A stretch of 64,000 nt of DNA from a virus (Duplodnaviria; Caudoviricetes), in the IMG/VR virus record IMGVR_UViG_3300047539_000052, positions 4,310-68,309 of that record; one strand, 5' to 3'. The notes under the pieces were generated by a model. That model saw only the letters and a list, made by a program, of their open reading frames with translations. It was not told the DNA's origin and made no database searches. Below are positions 58,790 to 64,000 of this stretch, in pieces. Both the position numbers and the translations under genes were made by a program. How positions within the stretch are numbered: position 1 is the stretch's first letter; every line of letters begins with the position of its first letter.

Positions 58790-59002
58790 ATGGCAAATGG
58801 TTGGCCCGATACGTTCCGTATCCGACCCGAAGCTTTGAACGTCCAGGAAATTGAAATGAGCGCTCCCGCCAACTTAATCGAGATCCCGTTGACCACGAAG
58901 ATTCTTCCCTGCGGCAAGTGTGGAAGGAATCTAGTAGTCAGCACGAAGACTGTACTGGTCTATTGTCCGGGATGTTCGCAGGGGCTGGGAGAGAAACGCT
59001 AG
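58790..59002 (+). CDS. small zinc-ribbon protein
   Basis: CGKCG...CPGC. Confidence 0.5.
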   Translation: MANGWPDTFRIRPEALNVQEIEMSAPANLIEIPLTTKILPCGKCGRNLVVSTKTVLVYCPGCSQGLGEKR

Positions 59003-59005
59003 GCC

Positions 59006-59263
59006 ATGATGTTTTGGGTCCGGGACCGGAATGCGGAAATGGCATGGGTCGATCATTGCGGCATCCGATACAAATGCCCCGTTCCCCTATTGCTGCTTTC
59101 CCCTCGTCATGGCGTCCGCATCTTTTGGAGAACGGTTCTTTGGATGCTCGGGCTCGGAAATTCTCCCGGTCCCGTCCCAATCGGCAACGGCCCATTCCTT
59201 TTGAGAGAGTTCCCAACGCTCGCCAGTTACACGTCAGAATCGCGTGATCCAACATTCGAGTAA
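59006..59263 (+). CDS. hypothetical protein
   Basis: Packed between 59002 and terL. Confidence 0.4.
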   Translation: MMFWVRDRNAEMAWVDHCGIRYKCPVPLLLLSPRHGVRIFWRTVLWMLGLGNSPGPVPIGNGPFLLREFPTLASYTSESRDPTFE

Positions 59264-60380
59264 GTGGAAGACATCGGCTGCCGAGAAATTATTAGCCGAG
59301 CACTGCCGCAGAATCCCCACCGTTGCAAGATATTCATTAGACGTTCTGACTGGAAACATTCCAACCGGAAGGCTGATGTTTCTGGCGGTTGAACGGTTTG
59401 TCGATGATCTTCAGAACGGTCCTTCCCGCGGATTACGCTTCGATCAGGGCGCCGCAGTCGCAATCATCAAATTCTTTCGCGACCTGGCTTTCCCTTCAAA
59501 GCCTCCAGTGGGATATGAGCAGTTTGTCTTGGCGAATCTCTTCGGCTGGAAGAAAGCGGATGGATATCGCAGGTTTCAGACGGCCTACATTGAAATCGGT
59601 AAAGGTAACAGAAAAACTCCGCTTGCTTCGGGAGTGGGATTATACGGCATCACCGGAGACGAAGAACCCAGCTCAGAAGTCTATCTAGTCGCCCCGACAA
59701 AAGAGCAGTCCGCGATTGGCTTCAAGGACGCGGCTCTCATGGTCGACGCTTCGCCAGAACTCAGGAAACTGGTCAAGAAGTATGGCTGCTCGAACCGCTA
59801 CACCAGCGGGAATTTAAGCTGTGGCGCGTCTTTCATGCGGCCGATCGCAGCCGACCGAGACAATCTCGACGGTCCCAGACCGCACGTTGTCATCGTTGAC
59901 GAGTTACACGAACATAAAGATTCGCAGATCGTAGACAAGCTGGTCGCAGGATTCAAGCACCGCAGACAGCCGCTAGTCTTTGAAATTACGAATTCTGGCC
60001 ATGACCGGGAAACCATCTGCTGGCAGCATCACGAATACACGAGACAGATCCTTGAGAAGATCTTCACCAACGATTCCTGGTTCGGCTTCATCTGCCACTT
60101 AGACGTATGCGACGATTGCCGATCAAGAGGGAAAGATCAGCCAAATTGCGACAACTGCGATAACTGGCTGGATGAAAGTGTCTGGGTCAAAGCGAATCCC
60201 GGACTCGATGCAATTCTTCCGCGAGACTACCTGCATAAGCAAGTGAAGGCGGCACTGGAGATGCCATCCAGCCGGAATCTGATCCAGCGGCTAAACTTTT
60301 GCATCTGGACGCAGAGCGTAGAGCATTTTATCTCTCCGGAGGCGTGGAGAGCTTGTGCGTGGGAAGAAGTGGCGGTTTAA
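59244..60380 (+). CDS. terL: terminase large subunit, N-terminal ATPase part
   Basis: YIEIGKGNRKT, VIVDELHEH, FEITNSG, WVKANPGL, RLNFCIW. Confidence 0.9.
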   Translation: MIQHSSKWKTSAAEKLLAEHCRRIPTVARYSLDVLTGNIPTGRLMFLAVERFVDDLQNGPSRGLRFDQGAAVAIIKFFRDLAFPSKPPVGYEQFVLANLFGWKKADGYRRFQTAYIEIGKGNRKTPLASGVGLYGITGDEEPSSEVYLVAPTKEQSAIGFKDAALMVDASPELRKLVKKYGCSNRYTSGNLSCGASFMRPIAADRDNLDGPRPHVVIVDELHEHKDSQIVDKLVAGFKHRRQPLVFEITNSGHDRETICWQHHEYTRQILEKIFTNDSWFGFICHLDVCDDCRSRGKDQPNCDNCDNWLDESVWVKANPGLDAILPRDYLHKQVKAALEMPSSRNLIQRLNFCIWTQSVEHFISPEAWRACAWEEVAV

Positions 60381-60592
60381 GGCTCTTTCTGCCAGAAATT
60401 TACGCAGTAGGTTGTGGTTTGATAGGCCCTTCCGTTCCGAGTTAGGCCTTCCTTCTGCACTCTCACTAAGTGGGACTTTCTTCCAAAGCCTGTGACCCTT
60501 CCCCGGAGAGCCGGATTGGTCCGATTCCATTCTTCGGTAGTCACAACCATATCGCCGATCGCGAACAGGTTGCGGTTTCGAAAGCCGAGCAT
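60377..60592 (-). CDS. antisense gene filling the gap between the terL halves
   Basis: MLGFRNRNLFAIGDMV..GRVTGFG..VRVQ (SH3/KOW-like); TACAAT immediately upstream. Confidence 0.55.
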   Translation of the reverse strand: MLGFRNRNLFAIGDMVVTTEEWNRTNPALRGRVTGFGRKSHLVRVQKEGLTRNGRAYQTTTYCVNFWQKEP

Positions 60593-61283
60593 GAGCGAAT
60601 TGTATATCGGTGACCCCGTAGCCTGGCGCCGGCACAAAATAGAATATTTGAAAGGCTGCATCTGCTTTGGCGGATTGGATCTCGGAGCGGTCAACGATTT
60701 CACTTGTTTAGCGCTTTACTTCCCAAAGCAGCCAAAGGTTCTGAAACCTGTATTACTCCTCTGGTCATGGGTTCCAGCCGACGTCGATCAGCACAAAGTC
60801 CTGAAAGAGCGCTACGGATTCGAGCAGTGGGTCGAAGGCGGATTCCTGAAACTTACTTCCGGCGTGCGCACCGACTATGCCGTCTTGCGGGAAGACATCC
60901 TGCAACTGGACCGGGATTACGTGATTGAAGAATTAGCCTACGATCCGCGATTTTCCTTCCAACTCGTTCAAGAATTGATGGCCGAGAGCGTCAACGTCGT
61001 CGAACACCGCCAGGGTCCAATCTCAATGACCGGGCCGATTCAGGAATTTCAGCGGCAGATTTTGGGCAAAGACTTCGTACACGGCATGAATCCCTTACTC
61101 ACATTCAACGTGGACAATCTAGTCGTAGAAGATGACGGGCGCGGCAATTTGATGTGCGCAAAACCGGGGAATCCGAACTCTCCACGGAAGATTGATGGGG
61201 CTGTTGCTTCGATCATGGCAACGGGGCGAGCGGCGGCGAATCCAGACGCTTGCGGATCTAGCGGACAGGTTTACTTCGCATGA
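60591..61283 (+). CDS. terL: terminase large subunit, C-terminal nuclease part
   Basis: GGLDLGAVNDFT, ELAYDP, V.HRQG, KIDGAVASIMA. Confidence 0.9.
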   Translation: MSELYIGDPVAWRRHKIEYLKGCICFGGLDLGAVNDFTCLALYFPKQPKVLKPVLLLWSWVPADVDQHKVLKERYGFEQWVEGGFLKLTSGVRTDYAVLREDILQLDRDYVIEELAYDPRFSFQLVQELMAESVNVVEHRQGPISMTGPIQEFQRQILGKDFVHGMNPLLTFNVDNLVVEDDGRGNLMCAKPGNPNSPRKIDGAVASIMATGRAAANPDACGSSGQVYFA

Positions 61284-61293
61284 GACAGCTTCC

Positions 61294-61446
61294 ATGAGAC
61301 ATCGTGGCCTCTTCTTAATCTGCGGATTCTTCATGCTCATGGGTGGTGTCTTCCATTTCTCCCGAGCTGCGTCCTTGATTGTGGGCGGCCTTGTCCTGCT
61401 CATCGCCGGCTGCATTTCGGCCGCGAACGTCCGGAGTGTTGAATAA
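61294..61446 (+). CDS. small two-TM membrane protein between terL and portal
   Basis: Hydrophobic 50-aa ORF whose stop abuts the portal ATG. Confidence 0.6.
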   Translation: MRHRGLFLICGFFMLMGGVFHFSRAASLIVGGLVLLIAGCISAANVRSVE

Positions 61447-64000
61447 ATGCGCCTGACCAAGCGAATCGGCGGATTTTTCTCTAGTCTGTCCTTTCGCGCC
61501 GATGCTGGGTTAGGAATAATTGGCTCGCCTTCGCCTGATTCAGATTACTGGTATCACGGCCTCGGTCACAGAAGTGCGGCCGGGCCGAATGTTTCTCCGG
61601 GTACGGCCACACGACTAGCTGCGGTCTTTGCCTGCACGCGCGTATGCGCGGAAACCCTGGGCTCGCTTCCCATTGGCATCTATCGAGAGCGCAAAAGCGG
61701 CGGACGTGATGCGGCTACGGATCATCCCGCGCAAGAATTATTCCTCAAGCCGAACCAATGGCAGACAGGAATGGAATTTTTCGAACTGATGCAGGCGCAT
61801 CTTGAACTCCGCGGTAACGCTTATGCAATAAAAGTACCGGGGAACGGGCGGGCGATCGATCAACTCATCCCAGTGCATCCCGATCGGGTCCGAGTTTACT
61901 TACTTCCGAACAGCCGACTGCGCTACGAAGTCACGCAGTATTCCACTGGACAAATTGATCGCTACACTCAGGATGAAATCCTGCACATGCGGGGATGGTC
62001 CTTCGATGGAATTTTAGGAATCTCCACGGTCAGCGCATTGGCCGAAGTGATCGGAGTCGGCCTTGCGCAACAAGAACACCGAGCCCGTTATTTCCGCAAC
62101 AACGCGATTCCGGGCATGGCGATTGAGTCAGCGTTGAAGCAGACTGAGGAAGCGCGCGAGAAGCTGACCAACTCGATCGAGGAAAAATTTACCGGCGAAG
62201 GCGCTTTCAGAGTCATGTCTTTGCCGCCGGGCATGACGGTTAAAATGCTCGGGCTCACGAATAAGGATTCGCAGTTAATCGAAGCGTCAGCGGCATCGCG
62301 AGTCGAAATATGTGGCGCTTGGCGCGTACCTCCGCATAAAATAGGCGACTTGTCCCGCGGCACGTTCTGTTTACCGGGAGACGTTCTAGTCTCGACGGAA
62401 TTCGGCCCAAAGCCCATCCGCGACATCGTGGAAGGTGAACGTGTCTGGAGCATGAACTCGGAGGGCGCATTAGTCCTCAACAAAGTTCTGCGCTCGGCCT
62501 GCACCGGCGAAGATCGCATCCTCACCATCCGCGCGATGAATCGGACGATCCGCTGCAACGCAAAACACAAACTTTTAGTCCGTCGTGAAATTCAGGAAGA
62601 ATACAAAGGCGGCCGCGGAAGATATCACGTAAGAAAAGACGGCTGGAAATATCGCCGCGCATTCGCGAATGATTACGTTCCTGCCGGCGAACTGAAGCCA
62701 GATGACGAACTGGTCGCGGTCAATGCGCTCCCTGAGCAAAACGGAACCGATGCACCCACACGGAAAGCGACAGTTCCCTTCATGGAAGTGCTGGGGCTGC
62801 TGCTTGGTGATGGCTTCTACGCGAGAACGGCCAAGACTGGCAAGGGAACAACTTTTGGAATCTCGCACGCGGAAAATGCGAGCTTCATGCCCTACTATGT
62901 GCGGCAGATTGAGAGTCTATTCCAGCGCCGCACGCTAAATCATTCAAGTTTCAATCGCGTTCTCCGCGCCCATCTTCGCGATAAGAACACGACCATGTTT
63001 TATTCACAGGCCGCCTATGAGGAGCTCGAAGCCTGCGGCCTGGTCGGCACGGCGAAAACAAAAAGCATTCCAGAATGGATTTTCGGCCTCACGAACGAAC
63101 TGAAGTTTGCGTTTTTGCGTGGCTACCTCGACGCGGATGGAACGATTCAAAAAGATGGGCACCACATTAGATATGTGTCCGTCAACCATGACATGCTCGA
63201 CCAAGTGCGTCATTTGTGCGTCAGTGCGGGCATTCATGTCGGCAACCTTTTTGATGCTGAGATAACGAGTGATTTCGGCGGTGATCATGGGGAATACACG
63301 CATATTCTTTGGGGCTTCGTCTGCTCCAACATCGAGGACCTTGAGCGCATCGGAAGCCATACGCCGATGTACCGAGAACGAATCGAGGCGCGGCGTGCGA
63401 ATCGATTTAAGAGAACCTGCCATGTCTATCCGTCCGAAAGAAAATTATTTAGCGACTTCGGTCCGGGCATGCACTCGACTGCGATTCAGAGTATCGATAC
63501 GTCCCAGGATGCCGAACCGGTCTTTGATCTCTCGGTGGATGGGGACCACAACTTTATTGGCGAGTTAGTTATTATCAAAAACAGCAACATTGAGCAGCAG
63601 AACATCGAGTTTGCAACCGATTGCCAGCGGCCCCGAATCGTGCGCCTGGAGCGGCGTTTGGACGCTGACGTTGTTTCTTCATTGCGTGCATTTGAATCCG
63701 CAGCGGGAGATTTCTTCGCAGTTTTCAATATGGATGCGCTCTACCGCGGCGACATGAAATCGCGTTACGAGGCTTATCAGCTCGCGGCGCAGACCTGGAT
63801 GCCGCGTAACGAGATCCGCGCTCTTGAAGGCAGAAATCCAATCCCAGGACTCGATGAGCCGCTGGTGCCGGTCAACATGGAAACAATTTCGCAAGCGCAA
63901 GCTCGCAATACTGCGAACAATGCGAGAGCGAAGGCCAGCGTAAATACGAGTGGCGAAGAAGATGACGCATCCGGGCCGGGCTCCGGTGGGGCGGAGACGC
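61447..64000 (+). CDS. HK97-family portal protein with intein (3' truncated by window edge)
   Basis: AVFACTRVCAETLGSLP, GNAYA, ILHMRG, VPPHKIG..RGTF|SNIEQQ, RGDMKSRY, NEIRALE; frame open to 64000. Confidence 0.95.
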   Translation, partial: MRLTKRIGGFFSSLSFRADAGLGIIGSPSPDSDYWYHGLGHRSAAGPNVSPGTATRLAAVFACTRVCAETLGSLPIGIYRERKSGGRDAATDHPAQELFLKPNQWQTGMEFFELMQAHLELRGNAYAIKVPGNGRAIDQLIPVHPDRVRVYLLPNSRLRYEVTQYSTGQIDRYTQDEILHMRGWSFDGILGISTVSALAEVIGVGLAQQEHRARYFRNNAIPGMAIESALKQTEEAREKLTNSIEEKFTGEGAFRVMSLPPGMTVKMLGLTNKDSQLIEASAASRVEICGAWRVPPHKIGDLSRGTFCLPGDVLVSTEFGPKPIRDIVEGERVWSMNSEGALVLNKVLRSACTGEDRILTIRAMNRTIRCNAKHKLLVRREIQEEYKGGRGRYHVRKDGWKYRRAFANDYVPAGELKPDDELVAVNALPEQNGTDAPTRKATVPFMEVLGLLLGDGFYARTAKTGKGTTFGISHAENASFMPYYVRQIESLFQRRTLNHSSFNRVLRAHLRDKNTTMFYSQAAYEELEACGLVGTAKTKSIPEWIFGLTNELKFAFLRGYLDADGTIQKDGHHIRYVSVNHDMLDQVRHLCVSAGIHVGNLFDAEITSDFGGDHGEYTHILWGFVCSNIEDLERIGSHTPMYRERIEARRANRFKRTCHVYPSERKLFSDFGPGMHSTAIQSIDTSQDAEPVFDLSVDGDHNFIGELVIIKNSNIEQQNIEFATDCQRPRIVRLERRLDADVVSSLRAFESAAGDFFAVFNMDALYRGDMKSRYEAYQLAAQTWMPRNEIRALEGRNPIPGLDEPLVPVNMETISQAQARNTANNARAKASVNTSGEEDDASGPGSGGAET
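62368..63582 (+). mobile_element. intein with LAGLIDADG homing endonuclease (405 aa)
   Basis: Starts CLPGDVLV; CNAKH block B; LGLLLGDG and FLRGYLDADG; VFDLSV..HNF..LVIIKN followed by Ser+1. Confidence 0.93.

Noticed and set aside
60381-60590. Group I or II intron in terL
   Set aside because: No recognisable core or splice-boundary motifs by eye, and the gap is fully explained by an antisense ORF; not formally excluded without a covariance search.
1-64000. tRNA, rRNA, tmRNA genes and prophage att sites
   Set aside because: None recognised by eye; no host genes flank the phage sequence in this window, so att sites cannot be defined.

Overview
The window is almost entirely one tailed (siphovirus-like, HK97-type head) phage or prophage genome, circularly permuted. 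It opens just downstream of the head genes and ends inside the portal gene; capsid and protease genes are not in view. A host-like HU gene, an 'ARRRISLAQKARWAK' nucleoid-type protein and chitobiase/Fn3-repeat secreted proteins suggest an Acidobacteriota host (inference). Layout: 1-29.5 kb virion module (+), 29.6-32.8 kb lysis and accessory genes (+), 32.8-52.6 kb mostly leftward DNA-metabolism and accessory genes, 52.9-57.1 kb rightward early/regulatory genes, 57.1-64 kb packaging (HNH, terS, split terL, intein-containing portal). The leftward block holds HU, a tyrosine recombinase, two DNA methyltransferases, ERF, an IS1595 element inside an RNA ligase gene, a pentapeptide protein and an AAA+ ATPase. 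About 15 single-base frameshifts, several in homopolymer runs and clustered at 27-29.4 kb, are probably consensus errors, so some 'split' genes are artefacts. Most unusual signals: (1) five ~55-nt covarying hairpins that each start at a gene's TAG stop and end before the next RBS, driven by twin divergent promoters sharing an identical 18-mer; (2) a 1.8-kb dual-coding C5-methyltransferase locus with an HNH-like nuclease inserted so that both frames stay open; (3) terL cut in two by an antisense gene overlapping it at TTAA and CATG; (4) a tail-tip gene split and order-swapped; (5) six signal-peptide proteins inside the virion module; (6) several ectopic gene fragments differing almost only at synonymous sites. 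All family assignments are from motif recognition by eye; no database search was run.
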